From: a virus
Length of the DNA stretch: 64,000 nt
Strand: one strand, 5' to 3'
Virus record (IMG/VR): IMGVR_UViG_3300006028_000011
Coordinates: 18,239-82,238 of that record
Below the pieces are notes generated by a model. It had not been told where the DNA came from, did no database searches, and saw only the letters and a list, made by a program, of their open reading frames with translations. The first letter of the stretch is position 1; each line of letters begins with the position of its first letter. Of the stretch, positions 8,372 through 18,363 are shown piece by piece. The position numbers and the translations under genes are program-made.

Positions 8372-9571
8372 TCACCGGACCGCCTCGGCGAACAACTCGT
8401 CCTGCATGTAGGTCGTCCCGTCGTCGCCGGTCGCCACGGCGGCCTTCGTCTCGCGCTTCGCCGCCTTCCGCTCGTCTCGCAGACGCCGGCGGCGCTCGGC
8501 CCGCGTCTCGCCGTCCGCGTCCCGCACCTCGCCGCCCCGGCGGACGCCGCGCTGCGCCACTCCGACGCCCGCCGTCGCCTCCAGCATCTGCCGCAGGTTG
8601 TCGGCGATACCCATGCCGCCAGCCTCGGCCATCCGGCAGATGGCGTCGACGACCAACTCCCCGTCGGGGGTGACCATCGCGGCCATGTTCGGGACGTTCT
8701 CCATCATCCAGGCGCGCGGCTGGATGTCGCAGACGATCCGGACGAAGTCGAACACGAGGCTGTTGCGCGGGTCGTACACGTTCCGCCTCCCCGCCGTGGA
8801 GAAGCCCTGGCAGGGCGGGCCGCCGCAGACCATGTCGATCTTCCCCGGCTCGGCGCCGAGGACGCTCAGGATGTCGTGGCCGGAGAGATGGCGGGCGTCC
8901 GCCAGGAACAGCGCCCGGCACGGCTCCAGGCACTCCTTGTCGTCCACGGTGTTCAGCTCCCGCACGTACTCCGAGCCGTAGTCGCGCGGGTTGGGCAGGA
9001 CGCCCTCACGCTGGAGGCGCGCGGACCTGATCCAGCCCTGTCCGGCGGACGGCCAGGTCAGGTACTCGCCGTGGTCGACGAGGGGGGCGTGCTCCAGCGG
9101 GTGACGCTCCTGCGTCAGCGTCTCGCCTGTGGCGACGTCGCTCCAGCCGCCCCTGCCGCTCTTGTACTTCGGGTTCCGCACCCTGCCGGCCCGCTTCCGC
9201 TCGGAGTCGTTCGCCTTGATGAAGGCCGCCTTCCGGTCCGGGTCCGCGTAGATGCGCGTGGTCGGGTCGCCGAGGTTGCAGAGGTACGTCATGGCGGCAT
9301 GCACATCCCACTCCAGGGCGCCGACGACGTGGATGCCGGCCTGGTGCAAGCCGAGCGACATGCCGCCGCAGCCGGCGAACAGGTCGATGCCGGTCGGGTA
9401 CCGGCTCAGCTTCACGGCGGCCGGCACGTACAGGCCGGTGCCGTTCCGCTGGTACCCGTCCCACTCGCTCCACGACCGGACCCGCGCGAACTCGGCGCCC
9501 CGGATATCGGCGAACGCCCGGGTGACGCCGAGCGCGTGCTCCACCTGGGCGACGAAGGCGTCAGTGGCCAC
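8372..9571 (-). CDS. C5 cytosine DNA methyltransferase, N-terminal part only (motifs I-VI)
   Basis: DLFAGCGG, ALEWD, GGPPCQGFS, MENV; no motif VIII-X before the stop. Confidence 0.8.
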   Translation of the reverse strand: MATDAFVAQVEHALGVTRAFADIRGAEFARVRSWSEWDGYQRNGTGLYVPAAVKLSRYPTGIDLFAGCGGMSLGLHQAGIHVVGALEWDVHAAMTYLCNLGDPTTRIYADPDRKAAFIKANDSERKRAGRVRNPKYKSGRGGWSDVATGETLTQERHPLEHAPLVDHGEYLTWPSAGQGWIRSARLQREGVLPNPRDYGSEYVRELNTVDDKECLEPCRALFLADARHLSGHDILSVLGAEPGKIDMVCGGPPCQGFSTAGRRNVYDPRNSLVFDFVRIVCDIQPRAWMMENVPNMAAMVTPDGELVVDAICRMAEAGGMGIADNLRQMLEATAGVGVAQRGVRRGGEVRDADGETRAERRRRLRDERKAAKRETKAAVATGDDGTTYMQDELFAEAVR

Positions 9572-9735
9572 GCCGGCTCTCCCTCCCAGCCCGCACCAGC
9601 GCGACCGCCTCGTCCCCGGTGACCTCGGTGCCGTCCGGCCCGATCGTGTGGCCACACGGCACGCGGTCCCCGTCCTGGCCCTCTACCGGCTGCGACAGCT
9701 CGCGGGGCCAGGTCTCCGGCTGGATCAGGGCCGCG

Positions 9736-10071
9736 TCAGCCACCGCTCTCCTCCTCCCCGAACTCCTCTCGGTACGGGTCGTGCTGGCGGAGCAGCTGCT
9801 CCTGGACCTCGAAGACGGAGTCGAGCACCTCCTGCACGCTCCCGCCCCGCAGCTCGGCCAGCGCCCGCTCGGGCAGTTCGGACAGCCGCTCCCGGATGCG
9901 CTCGCCGAGCCAGGCCGGCAGCGCGCTCACGTCCTGGAGGTTCTGCGCCTCCAGCCAGCCGAGCACCTCGTCGGTGGCTGCCAGCCAGCGGGCCCACTCG
10001 TAGCGGCGGTCGTTCAGCCGCTGCTGGCGCACCGCGCGGCGCTCGATGTCCACGTTGGCGTCCGCGATCAC
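9736..10071 (-). CDS. Hypothetical protein
   Basis: 111-aa ORF in a coupled gene chain. Confidence 0.5.
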   Translation of the reverse strand: MIADANVDIERRAVRQQRLNDRRYEWARWLAATDEVLGWLEAQNLQDVSALPAWLGERIRERLSELPERALAELRGGSVQEVLDSVFEVQEQLLRQHDPYREEFGEEESGG

Positions 10072-10296
10072 GGCAGTACCTCCCGCATCGTCGCGATGGC
10101 AGCCTGCATGGCCCGGCCGTGGCGCTCCTCGGCGTCGATGGCGTCCTCGGGCCGCGCCCGCTGGAGCGCCCGCCAGGCGGCCCAGACCTCGTCGCGCTCG
10201 AAGAGCGGGACCTGGAACCAGTGAGCGCGGCAGGCGAGCATGGCGGCCGGGACGCGCCGCTCGCAGCCGGGGCCCGGGCAGAGGTGGGTGCTGGCC

Positions 10297-11262
10297 TCAG
10301 CCGCCATCGGAGCCCTCCCCGGGCGTCTCGCCCAGCTCCTTCGACACGGCCGCCCACGCCTTCTCCAGGCGCTTCCCGGCGGCGCCCTTGGCCGCGTCGG
10401 CCTCCTCGTAGGGCCCGGACTCGGCATCCGCGGCCGACTCGATGTCGAACATGGCGCGGAGGAGCGCGGTGTCCGCCTCCTCGTGCGCGGCCTGGGCGCT
10501 GTACAGCTCGCGGAGGATGCCGGTCAGACGCGCGATCTCCGCGTCCTGCCCCTGGGCCTCGGCAGCGTCATCCTCGTCGTCCGGCTGGGCGGCGGCGTCC
10601 GGCCCAGCGGCGCCCTGCTGGCCCAGCGCTGCCTTGATGGCAGTCGCGAACTCCCTCACGTCCCGCTGGATCTCGTCGTGGGTTCCGCCGCAGCCGTAGT
10701 TGGCCTGCATCCACTGCGCGCGAGCCTCAGGGGTGTCGCTCAGGGCGAGCAGTTCGAGCGCGCCGTCCAGCAGGTCGAGCCACCTGGCCGCCGTCTCCAG
10801 CTTTTCGGGCCACCCCGTCAGGAGCCCGCGCAGCCGCGCGATCTCCGCGTCCCGGTCGGCCCTCTCCCGGGCGCCAACGGCCTCCTCGTCGGATGCGTAG
10901 CCCCACGCCTTGGCGTTCTCCTCGCGCAGTTCGGCGATCACCGCCGCGACCAGTTCGGCCGTCGGCATGTCGCGCTTCTCCTCGACGAGGTTCGACCGCT
11001 GGTCGCCGACGAGGGCCTCGATGGCGGCGAGCTGGTCCAGCAGGTACGCGATGTCGGCCGGGGCGTTGCCCAACATCTTGAGGTCGGCGCGGGTCAGCGG
11101 CGGAGCGTCCTCGGCGAGGCGGTCTCTCGTCACCGGCAGGATCGTCCAGCGGTCGCCGTCCGTCGCGTCCTCGGGCTCGATGAACACGCCCACCGTCGCG
11201 GCCTCCAGCCGCTTCCGGATCGCGGCCACGCGCTCGTTGGTCTGGACGGTCTGCTCAGCCAC
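10297..11262 (-). CDS. Hypothetical coiled-coil phage protein (Ead/Ea22-like N-terminus)
   Basis: AIRKRLEAAT...NAPADIAYLLDQLA motif. Confidence 0.5.
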   Translation of the reverse strand: MAEQTVQTNERVAAIRKRLEAATVGVFIEPEDATDGDRWTILPVTRDRLAEDAPPLTRADLKMLGNAPADIAYLLDQLAAIEALVGDQRSNLVEEKRDMPTAELVAAVIAELREENAKAWGYASDEEAVGARERADRDAEIARLRGLLTGWPEKLETAARWLDLLDGALELLALSDTPEARAQWMQANYGCGGTHDEIQRDVREFATAIKAALGQQGAAGPDAAAQPDDEDDAAEAQGQDAEIARLTGILRELYSAQAAHEEADTALLRAMFDIESAADAESGPYEEADAAKGAAGKRLEKAWAAVSKELGETPGEGSDGG

Positions 11263-11468
11263 GGCGCTTCCCTTCCTTCGCGATCCTCTCGCGTGCGCAG
11301 GCGAGCGCCTCCTTCCGCGTCTCGTGGGAGTGGCGCAGCGCCCGCTCGCAGTTCCACAGCCAGGCGTCCGTGCCGCGCTCCTTGATGACGCCCCGGAAGC
11401 GGCCGGCGGTCCGGTCACAGGTGGACCAGCTCGCGACCATGCCGTCCTCGGGCTGGAAGATGAGGCGG

Positions 11469-12605
11469 TCAGCCACGGCCATCTCCCTCCTCGGCCGCCT
11501 TGCGCCGCACCCGGGTCCCGACGAGCGCCTTCCTCGTCTTGAACGAGGGCGGGCTGAACTCCATGACTGCCATCCCGGCCGCCAGGGCCATGTCCTGGAC
11601 GCCGCGGTTGGTGGCGGTGCGGGTCGTCAGGCCCACGAACGACCGCCAGTCCATGCCCTTCGATCGGGCCCAGGCCGCCACCGCGGACGGGAGCGCCACC
11701 CAGCGGAAGGTGGGCTTGCGCGAGAGCAGGTAGCCGATCTCCTCGCCGTTGACGTCGAGCCGCGCCTCGCGGTCCCGGTAGTACTCCTCCAGGAGGTCCC
11801 AGCGCACGGTGGCGGCCGCGTCGAGGCGCCTGTGCTCGGAGAGCAGCACGTCGGCCTCGTCGTCCGTCTGGGGCGCCACGGCCACCGACGGCAGTGACTC
11901 GCCGCAGGTCCGTCGCAGCGCGCACCCGGCGCAGGACGGGCCGCCCACCGGGGCGCCGGGTCCCGCCTCGAGGCGGTGCCGCAGGCCCTGGAGGGTGGCG
12001 TCCCACCACTCGTCCAGCTCGCCGCGCTCGATGGTGATGGGGTCGTGCGGCCGGCCGTAGCGGACGAGGTCCAGGACGAGGTCCAGACGCTCCAGGGCCG
12101 GCCGGGTCAGGAAGCGCATCTGCGCGTACCAGTGGAGCTGGAACTGGTGGTCCATCTCCCCCTGCTCGGTCTTGTAGTCGGTGACGCGCTCCCAGGTCGC
12201 CTCGTCGTCCGGGTCGCCACCGTCCACGCGGTCGATCCGGTCCGGGGTGCAGACCAGGATCGCCCAGCCGACGTGGAGCGTGATCGGCTCCTCGACGGCG
12301 GCGATCGTGTGCAGGTCGCCGAGGTGCGTCTGGGTGAAGCGCTCGCAGAGGCCCGCGTACTCCCGCCAGCGGGACTGGAGGAGCCCCGGCGTGCGCGCCC
12401 AGGCGTCCGCCGCCAGGTCGCGCCAGCCGGTCATGTCGGTCTCCTCGCCGAGCGCCTGGAGGTGCCTCCAGTAGGCGGCGATGAAGCGGTGGACGGCCTG
12501 CCCGAAGGCCAGGCGCTCGGACCGCTCCATGACGAACGCCGGGCAGCTCGCCAGGCCCTCGGCCAGCGAGCGCCGGATGGTCGGGACGGCGTGCGCGACG
12601 CTCAT
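11469..12605 (-). CDS. PD-(D/E)XK RecB/Cas4-like exonuclease
   Basis: CP..., GQAVH, PDRID, VTDYKT, QLHWYA, CAGCALRRTC. Confidence 0.8.
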   Translation of the reverse strand: MSVAHAVPTIRRSLAEGLASCPAFVMERSERLAFGQAVHRFIAAYWRHLQALGEETDMTGWRDLAADAWARTPGLLQSRWREYAGLCERFTQTHLGDLHTIAAVEEPITLHVGWAILVCTPDRIDRVDGGDPDDEATWERVTDYKTEQGEMDHQFQLHWYAQMRFLTRPALERLDLVLDLVRYGRPHDPITIERGELDEWWDATLQGLRHRLEAGPGAPVGGPSCAGCALRRTCGESLPSVAVAPQTDDEADVLLSEHRRLDAAATVRWDLLEEYYRDREARLDVNGEEIGYLLSRKPTFRWVALPSAVAAWARSKGMDWRSFVGLTTRTATNRGVQDMALAAGMAVMEFSPPSFKTRKALVGTRVRRKAAEEGDGRG

Positions 12606-13987
12606 GACCGACCCTTTTCGTTCGGGTCCGCGACCTCGGAGTCGCTCGCCGCCGGGGCCCGGAGCTGCTGCTCGATCCACGCGCGGTGACGGGTAGTGAG
12701 GTAGGTCGCCTGGCCGATCGGGGCGTTCGGGAGCGGCACGTACGGCGCCCACTCGCCGGTCGCCTTCGTGCCGAGCGCGTGGTAGGACGCCTCGACCAAC
12801 TCCCGGTACCGCCCGAGCGTGTCCGGCTTGCCCGGCACGCCGCCGCAGGCCACCTTTAGCTCGTCGACGTCGTCCTGGCTGAGCTTGCGGACCACCTCCT
12901 CTTCGGGCTCCGACCACGTGGCGTCGTCGGAACGGTCTGCCTCGGCCTCGGCCTCGTCGAGCCGGGCCGCGTCCACCGCGTCGTCCCGGTCGGTGAACGG
13001 CGCCTGCGGGGTGCTGGGGGGCAGCGCGCGCTGGACCGCCGCGACCGCGGGGCGGTCCACCGGCTGCGGCTGGATGTCGGAGACGTGCGCGAACTGCACC
13101 TCCTGCGTGGCCAGAGCGAGCAGCTCGCGCCGCTTCGCCGGCGGCAGGATCGCCCGGGCCGTGCCGCTGGGGTCGTAGGTGAACGTCAGCGCCTCGGCCA
13201 GGTCGTACTTCACGGCGAGCGTCGCCTTCACCACGCGCCCCTCCGGCGTCGAGATCGGGCGGGCGATGCGCGCCAGCGTGAACGGCACGTTGTGGCTGCG
13301 GCCGGCGCGCGCCCGGAGCATCCGCAGCCCGCTCTGGACGTCGACGGCGCCGTTGAACGAGCCCGTGCTCACCTGCACCCAGCCGAGCTGGCGGATGTAG
13401 TTGGGCGCCTCCGGGTTCGTCTCCGGGTGCAGCAGCTCGGCCGAGAACCGCCCCTCGCGGTGGCAGCCGGGCAGCGTGTTCTCCTTGGTCCGCTGCGAGT
13501 GCCAGAGCGGGCAGTCGGGCCCGAGGCAGGTGGCCGTCCAGCCGCCCTTGCGCTCCTCGCCGAGGAGGTGGCGCCGGCGCAGGACATCGGCGTAGGCCGG
13601 GTCGCGGACCCACGCCTCGCCGACCTTGCCGTCCTCCTCCCCGCCACCGGTGCCCGAGCACCGGATGCGCGACTTTCCCCAGGCGCGGTTCAGCAGCTCC
13701 CAGCTCACCTCGCGCCCGTTGGCCACCGCGTCGAACTCCCAGGGCAGCATGAAGCGCAGACCCTTGCCGAGGCCGTAGACCTCCTCGGCCGCGTCCTTGA
13801 TCCGCTGCCCGCCGTACGCCGCGAGGATGGCCTCGAAGATGTCCGGGTCGCAGCCGGCCTCGCGCTTGATGCAGAACACGTCGCTGTCGCGCGGGAAGTC
13901 GCCGCGCTCGCCGCGCTTCTTGTAGCCGAGGCGGATGATCGCCCAGCGCGGCGTCCGCACCTCCTCGCTGAGTCCGTTGATCGTCAT
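12602..13987 (-). CDS. Gp3-like recombination protein (recombination directionality factor-like family)
   Basis: N-terminal IRLGYKK...FPRDSDVF signature; sits next to the exonuclease. Confidence 0.6.
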   Translation of the reverse strand: MTINGLSEEVRTPRWAIIRLGYKKRGERGDFPRDSDVFCIKREAGCDPDIFEAILAAYGGQRIKDAAEEVYGLGKGLRFMLPWEFDAVANGREVSWELLNRAWGKSRIRCSGTGGGEEDGKVGEAWVRDPAYADVLRRRHLLGEERKGGWTATCLGPDCPLWHSQRTKENTLPGCHREGRFSAELLHPETNPEAPNYIRQLGWVQVSTGSFNGAVDVQSGLRMLRARAGRSHNVPFTLARIARPISTPEGRVVKATLAVKYDLAEALTFTYDPSGTARAILPPAKRRELLALATQEVQFAHVSDIQPQPVDRPAVAAVQRALPPSTPQAPFTDRDDAVDAARLDEAEAEADRSDDATWSEPEEEVVRKLSQDDVDELKVACGGVPGKPDTLGRYRELVEASYHALGTKATGEWAPYVPLPNAPIGQATYLTTRHRAWIEQQLRAPAASDSEVADPNEKGRS

Positions 13988-14313
13988 CAGCGCGTCCCTC
14001 CGAGCTGCTCGACCTGCGCGACCACCAGGCCCTGGTCGAGCGTCGTCACCGCGCCCGCCATCGCCGCCCGCCGGCTCGCCGCCTCGGCCTCCTTCTCCCG
14101 CTTCCAGGCGGCCAGCCAGGTCGCGCGCCCGACCGTCCACGCCATGGTGTGCTCGGGGGTCCCGACGACCAGCCCGAGCGGCCCGGCGATGTCGCGCTCG
14201 AACGCTGTGGCGAAGGCCTCCTGCTCCCCGGCCGGCATCCGGGCGACCTCGATCGCCCGGTAGGGGTTGTGGCCGTCGGCCGAGATGCGGCCGTTGATGG
14301 CGCCGGTCGCCAT
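13987..14313 (-). CDS. Hypothetical protein
   Basis: 108-aa ORF in a TAG-ATG abutting chain. Confidence 0.5.
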   Translation of the reverse strand: MATGAINGRISADGHNPYRAIEVARMPAGEQEAFATAFERDIAGPLGLVVGTPEHTMAWTVGRATWLAAWKREKEAEAASRRAAMAGAVTTLDQGLVVAQVEQLGGTR

Positions 14314-14688
14314 CTACGTGTCCTCCCGGTCGCGGAGCAGCGGCTCCAGGGCGAGGCGGGCCAACTCGCAGCGCGGCTCGTGGCGACCGTCCCGCGTCTC
14401 CGGGCTGGTCGCGCACCAGCAGCGGCCGTCGCGCTCGCTCCAGGCCGTCGACATCGTCGCCCGCACCGCCCCCACCAGCTCGGGCAGGTTGTTGATGACC
14501 AGCGTGACGAGGCAGGCGTCGGACGCCGCCATCGACTCCGCGACCGGCCAGCCGCCGTAGATCTCGATCGTCTCGCGGTTGTCGTCGGTCGGCTCGATGT
14601 CGGCGAGGACCTCGCCGTCGGCCGACACCCGCCACGGCCGCTTGGTCGCGTCGGCCGCGTGCAGCTCCAGGAGGTCGAGCAGGTTCAC
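14314..14688 (-). CDS. Hypothetical protein (Ead/Ea22-like)
   Basis: LLELHAADATKRPW...DACLVTLVINNLPELV. Confidence 0.5.
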   Translation of the reverse strand: MNLLDLLELHAADATKRPWRVSADGEVLADIEPTDDNRETIEIYGGWPVAESMAASDACLVTLVINNLPELVGAVRATMSTAWSERDGRCWCATSPETRDGRHEPRCELARLALEPLLRDREDT

Positions 14689-14972
14689 CACGCCCTCCAG
14701 GGCTGCGTCTCCGCCGCCAGCAGCAGCGCGCCGCCGGCGGCCACGAAGGCCGCGACGATCCGCGCCCGGTGCCGCGCCCACCAGCAGGCCAGCCGCAGGA
14801 CGCCGCGCCGTCGCGCCCGGCGCTCGGCCGCGCCCACCCAGGCCCAGCGGGTCCGGGCGATCAGCCAGCCGGGCCGGGTCCGCGAGAACATGGACGGCCG
14901 CCGGACGACGGACCGCCCGTAGGGGCGGCCCGTCAGGATGTTGACGTCGGGCGGGAAGTCGAAGGTGGCCAT
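14685..14972 (-). CDS. Small membrane protein
   Basis: C-terminal hydrophobic segment. Confidence 0.45.
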   Translation of the reverse strand: MATFDFPPDVNILTGRPYGRSVVRRPSMFSRTRPGWLIARTRWAWVGAAERRARRRGVLRLACWWARHRARIVAAFVAAGGALLLAAETQPWRAW

Positions 14973-15254
14973 CTACGCCGCCCCCAGCACGAACTCGATG
15001 GGTTCCACGTCCTCGCCGGCGAGCCAGGCGAGGAACCACGTCCTCACCCGCCCGTCCAGCTCGTGGCGCTCGACCTGGGTCCCGTCCTCGCGGTCGATCC
15101 GGATGCCGGTCTCGTCGGCCTCGACCAGGCCGCGGTGGGTCCCGCCGACGCCGGTCGCCCGGGAGACGGCGAACGCGATCGGGTTGCGCCTCGCGGAGCC
15201 CCGGGCGCTCCGGGCGATATCCTCCGCGCTGACGGCGATCGTCCAGCAGCCCAT
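14973..15254 (-). CDS. Hypothetical protein
   Basis: 93-aa ORF abutting both neighbours. Confidence 0.5.
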   Translation of the reverse strand: MGCWTIAVSAEDIARSARGSARRNPIAFAVSRATGVGGTHRGLVEADETGIRIDREDGTQVERHELDGRVRTWFLAWLAGEDVEPIEFVLGAA

Positions 15255-16142
15255 CTACGGCACCTCCCCGTTCAGCTCGTCGCGCCGCTGCTCGGCCGCC
15301 TCGGCGGAGTCGAAGCTCCGGATGTGCTCGCCGGTCGCGTCGACGAGGGCCCACTCGCTGATGTCCACCTGCTCGACGTGGTACGGCGGTGTCGAGGCGC
15401 GCTCGGACTCCGGGTCGGCCTCCCGCGCCGCGCGCGCCGCGATTGCCGCGAGGATCGCCGTCCGGTTGCGCTCCTCGACGTAGGCCCGCGTGTCGGGCTC
15501 GTCGAAGCCGTTGACCACCGCGCCGTCCGGCCGGACGACCAGCCAGTCGCCGAAGCGGCCGGCCTGCAGGTCGTCCTCCGTCGTCTTCCGAACCCGCCAG
15601 CCAGGCGTCAGCCCGGCGACGAGGATCTCGAGCGCGGCGGCCTGCTCGGCCCGCTGCGCGCGGAGCTTCACGATGTCGTCGAGGCGCCGCTGGGCGACCT
15701 CGGTGGCCGACTCGCCGACCACGTCGCCGCGCTCGCTCAGCCACGCGTAGGCATCCCAGGCGCGGTGCTTCTCCTCGTCCCACTCCTCGCCGGGGCTGTT
15801 CCACCGGACGTCGGACCGCGAGGTGGTGATGCGGGCGCTGTCGGTCGCGGCCGCGACGAACAGGTCGTACTCGTGGCCCAGGGCCTGGATCTCGCCCAGG
15901 ACGACCTCCAGCGGGCGAGCGGGCGGGTCGTCGGCCTGGACCATGGCCAGGATCGCGGCGAGCCTCCTCTCGGTGATGGTCGCCGCGTGGTGCAGCTCCC
16001 CCCAGGCCCTCACGTAGTTCTGGGCGGCCTCGGGCGAGCTGGGCGTGAGCAGGTGCTCGCGGGCCGTCCGGAGGGCCGCCGAGAGGTCCCTGTACACCTC
16101 GTCCACGCTGACGCGGAGGTCGTGCCAGGACTGGTCGTCCAT
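15255..16142 (-). CDS. Hypothetical protein
   Basis: 295-aa ORF abutting both neighbours. Confidence 0.55.
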   Translation of the reverse strand: MDDQSWHDLRVSVDEVYRDLSAALRTAREHLLTPSSPEAAQNYVRAWGELHHAATITERRLAAILAMVQADDPPARPLEVVLGEIQALGHEYDLFVAAATDSARITTSRSDVRWNSPGEEWDEEKHRAWDAYAWLSERGDVVGESATEVAQRRLDDIVKLRAQRAEQAAALEILVAGLTPGWRVRKTTEDDLQAGRFGDWLVVRPDGAVVNGFDEPDTRAYVEERNRTAILAAIAARAAREADPESERASTPPYHVEQVDISEWALVDATGEHIRSFDSAEAAEQRRDELNGEVP

Positions 16143-16451
16143 CTACCTCGCCCCCGGGTGCCCGACCAGCACCCAGAACAGGACCGCGACCATGACGATC
16201 ACCACGAGGAGACCGACGGCGGGCGCCACGGAGAGGAACTCCGAGAACCGCCGGTCGGCCGCCGGGTCGATCCAGCTCAGCGCCTCGGCGTACTGGGGGT
16301 GGGCCTCCAGCGTGGCGAGCATCTGCCGGGCGTCGACCAGTTCCCAGTACCTGATGTACCGGCCCGTGGCGACGTCGACGAGGTGGAAGTAGTCGCCCAC
16401 GGCGGTGAGGCGGTACCCCTGGCTGGCCGCCACGCGCTGCGAGGTGGCCAC
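16143..16451 (-). CDS. Small membrane protein
   Basis: C-terminal TM helix; WIDP motif resembles WNEP in the 16452-16736 ORF. Confidence 0.5.
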   Translation of the reverse strand: MATSQRVAASQGYRLTAVGDYFHLVDVATGRYIRYWELVDARQMLATLEAHPQYAEALSWIDPAADRRFSEFLSVAPAVGLLVVIVMVAVLFWVLVGHPGAR

Positions 16452-16736
16452 CTACAGCACCTCGAAGGGGCGGGCCGCCGCCACGAGGCTGGTCGACAGG
16501 AAGATGGCGGCCGCGGCCGCGTCGAGGGACTCACCCTCCGTGGGCTCGTTCCAGTTGAAGTAGCAGGCGTACTCCGGCGACTCGTTCAGGATGTTGGCGC
16601 CCTGGACGGCGCGCACGCCGGTGGCGAGCTGCACCCAGCGTCCGGACTGGCGGTCGATCAGCGTCGGCACGCCGCCGGCGCCGATGACGACCTCGAAGCG
16701 CGGCTCCTCGGGGCTGGCGATGGCGGTGATGGCCAC
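16452..16736 (-). CDS. Hypothetical protein
   Basis: 94-aa ORF in the chain. Confidence 0.5.
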   Translation of the reverse strand: MAITAIASPEEPRFEVVIGAGGVPTLIDRQSGRWVQLATGVRAVQGANILNESPEYACYFNWNEPTEGESLDAAAAAIFLSTSLVAAARPFEVL

Positions 16737-17123
16737 CTACCGGCCCTCCGCCACCCAGTCGCCGTCGGGGGCGGCGGCCTGGGCGTCCTCGTCGCTCTCG
16801 ATCGCGCGCGCCAGCACCGAGCCCGGCACGACCGCGATCCACTCGTCGCCGCAGAGCCACTGCCACCAGCCGTTGGCGAAGCGCACGCGCTGCCCGTCGA
16901 ACAGCACGACCTCCGTCGGGGCGGCCGGCTGCTGTGAGATCATTGACATCGCGAACTCCTCCTGGGGGTTCAGGAGACCCGGGCGGTGCTTGCCGGCAGC
17001 CTGGGTCTCGTCGTACATGGGGGCGGCCACCTTCGCGCCGCTCCCTGCCTGGCGGTCTCGACGCAGCGGGAAGCGCCGCACGCCGCGCGGTCGCATCTTC
17101 TCGTCGGGCCCGATGACGGTCAT
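16737..17123 (-). CDS. Hypothetical protein (alternative start 16949)
   Basis: ORF with internal GAGGAG SD before ATG 16949. Confidence 0.4.
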   Translation of the reverse strand: MTVIGPDEKMRPRGVRRFPLRRDRQAGSGAKVAAPMYDETQAAGKHRPGLLNPQEEFAMSMISQQPAAPTEVVLFDGQRVRFANGWWQWLCGDEWIAVVPGSVLARAIESDEDAQAAAPDGDWVAEGR

Positions 17124-17126
17124 GGC

Positions 17127-17603
17127 CTACGCGGCCTCCCCCGCGAGCAGGCTGAGGGCGCGCCGCGCGGCCCGCTCCAGCCGGTCGAGCCGCCGCCGCG
17201 GCGGGGTCATCAGCGTCCGCGCCGTCCAGGCCGCCTCGCGCGCGATCCGGTCCGCCAGGCCCGGGAACCGCGCCTCGACGCGCTCGTGGACCTTCATCAG
17301 CCGCGCGTACTCGGCGGGCGTGCGCTCGGCGCGCAGCTGGTCTGCGGAGTAGAGGAGCTGGACCCGCCACAGCCAGTAGCCGTGCAGGCCGGGGTCGCCG
17401 CCCAGATCGAGCAGCACGTCCAGGTCGGCGATCGCGGCCTCCGTGAGGGCCTGCAGGTCGTCGAGGGCGGTGAGCTCGATTCCGGCGAACTCCAGCGCGT
17501 CCGACGCGGTGTCGAGGTGCTGGAGCAACTCCGCCAGCTCGTCGCGCAGCGCCCGCGTCAGGGGCAGGTGGTCGGCGGGCGTCTCGGGGGTTCCGGTCTG
17601 CAT
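17127..17603 (-). CDS. Hypothetical protein, first gene of a leftward operon (leaderless)
   Basis: ATG 7 nt after a -10 hexamer. Confidence 0.55.
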   Translation of the reverse strand: MQTGTPETPADHLPLTRALRDELAELLQHLDTASDALEFAGIELTALDDLQALTEAAIADLDVLLDLGGDPGLHGYWLWRVQLLYSADQLRAERTPAEYARLMKVHERVEARFPGLADRIAREAAWTARTLMTPPRRRLDRLERAARRALSLLAGEAA

Positions 17604-17610
17604 GCAGGCC

Positions 17611-17639
17611 AGCATGTAGCACTTTGTAAGAGATGTCAA
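17611..17639 (-). promoter_or_regulatory. Sigma70-type promoter
   Basis: TTGACA-17 nt-CATGCT on the minus strand, in an AT-rich divergent intergenic region. Confidence 0.7.
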
Positions 17640-17735
17640 TACCCCGGTTGAATACCCGGACGTATTTGGTAGCAAAATGTTGCAAGTGGCTCGCGATCGT
17701 GGCACAATTAGTCCGAATTGGTCACAATTTGTTGC

Positions 17736-18356
17736 ATGACGTTGCGCCCGATCCAGGAAGTGGCCAAGGAAGAGGGCGTCAACGTGCTGACGCTGTACCG
17801 GCTGATCCGAGCCGGGAAGATCGCGCGGTACAAGCGGGCCGGCGATCGTCGGACTTTCGTGGACACCGAGCAGGTCCGGGAGGTGCGCGGATTCCGTCGC
17901 GTCGCCGGACCCGAGCCGGGCGCCGAGCCGGTTCCCGCCCAGCCGGTCGAGGCCAAGCCGGTCGTCGCCCTCGCCGTCGTCTCCAGCGATGGCCGCGTCC
18001 TGATGACGCGCCGCCGCTTCCCCGAGGGTCGCTTCGCCTGGGGCTTCCCGTCCGGCAACGTGGAGCCGGGCGAGACGCCCGAGGCCGCCGCCGTGCGCGA
18101 GGCCAGCGAGGAGGTCGGCCTGACGATCGAGGTCGAGGGTCGCCTCGGCGAGCGCGTCCACCCGGTGACCGGCCGGCAGATGATCTACTTCCGCTGCCGG
18201 ATCATCGAGGGCGTCCCGCACCTCGTCGACCACGACGAGCTGGCCGAGGTCCGCTGGGTCACGCTGGCCGAGGCTGACGAGCTGGCGGCGCCGCAGGGCG
18301 GGATCTTCGAACCGGTCCGCGAGCACCTGCTCCGGCTGTCGGCCGCGGCCGAGTAG
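17736..18356 (+). CDS. Excisionase-like HTH fused to a Nudix hydrolase
   Basis: IQEVAKEEGVNVLTLYRLIRAGKI HTH; Nudix box GNVEPGETPEAAAVREASEEVGL; CACAAT 7 nt upstream of ATG. Confidence 0.85.
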   Translation: MTLRPIQEVAKEEGVNVLTLYRLIRAGKIARYKRAGDRRTFVDTEQVREVRGFRRVAGPEPGAEPVPAQPVEAKPVVALAVVSSDGRVLMTRRRFPEGRFAWGFPSGNVEPGETPEAAAVREASEEVGLTIEVEGRLGERVHPVTGRQMIYFRCRIIEGVPHLVDHDELAEVRWVTLAEADELAAPQGGIFEPVREHLLRLSAAAE

Positions 18357-18363
18357 TGGCCGC

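Noticed and set aside
11469-12605. Second cas4
   Set aside because: A phage RecB/Cas4-like exonuclease paired with a recombination gene, 20 kb from the CRISPR locus
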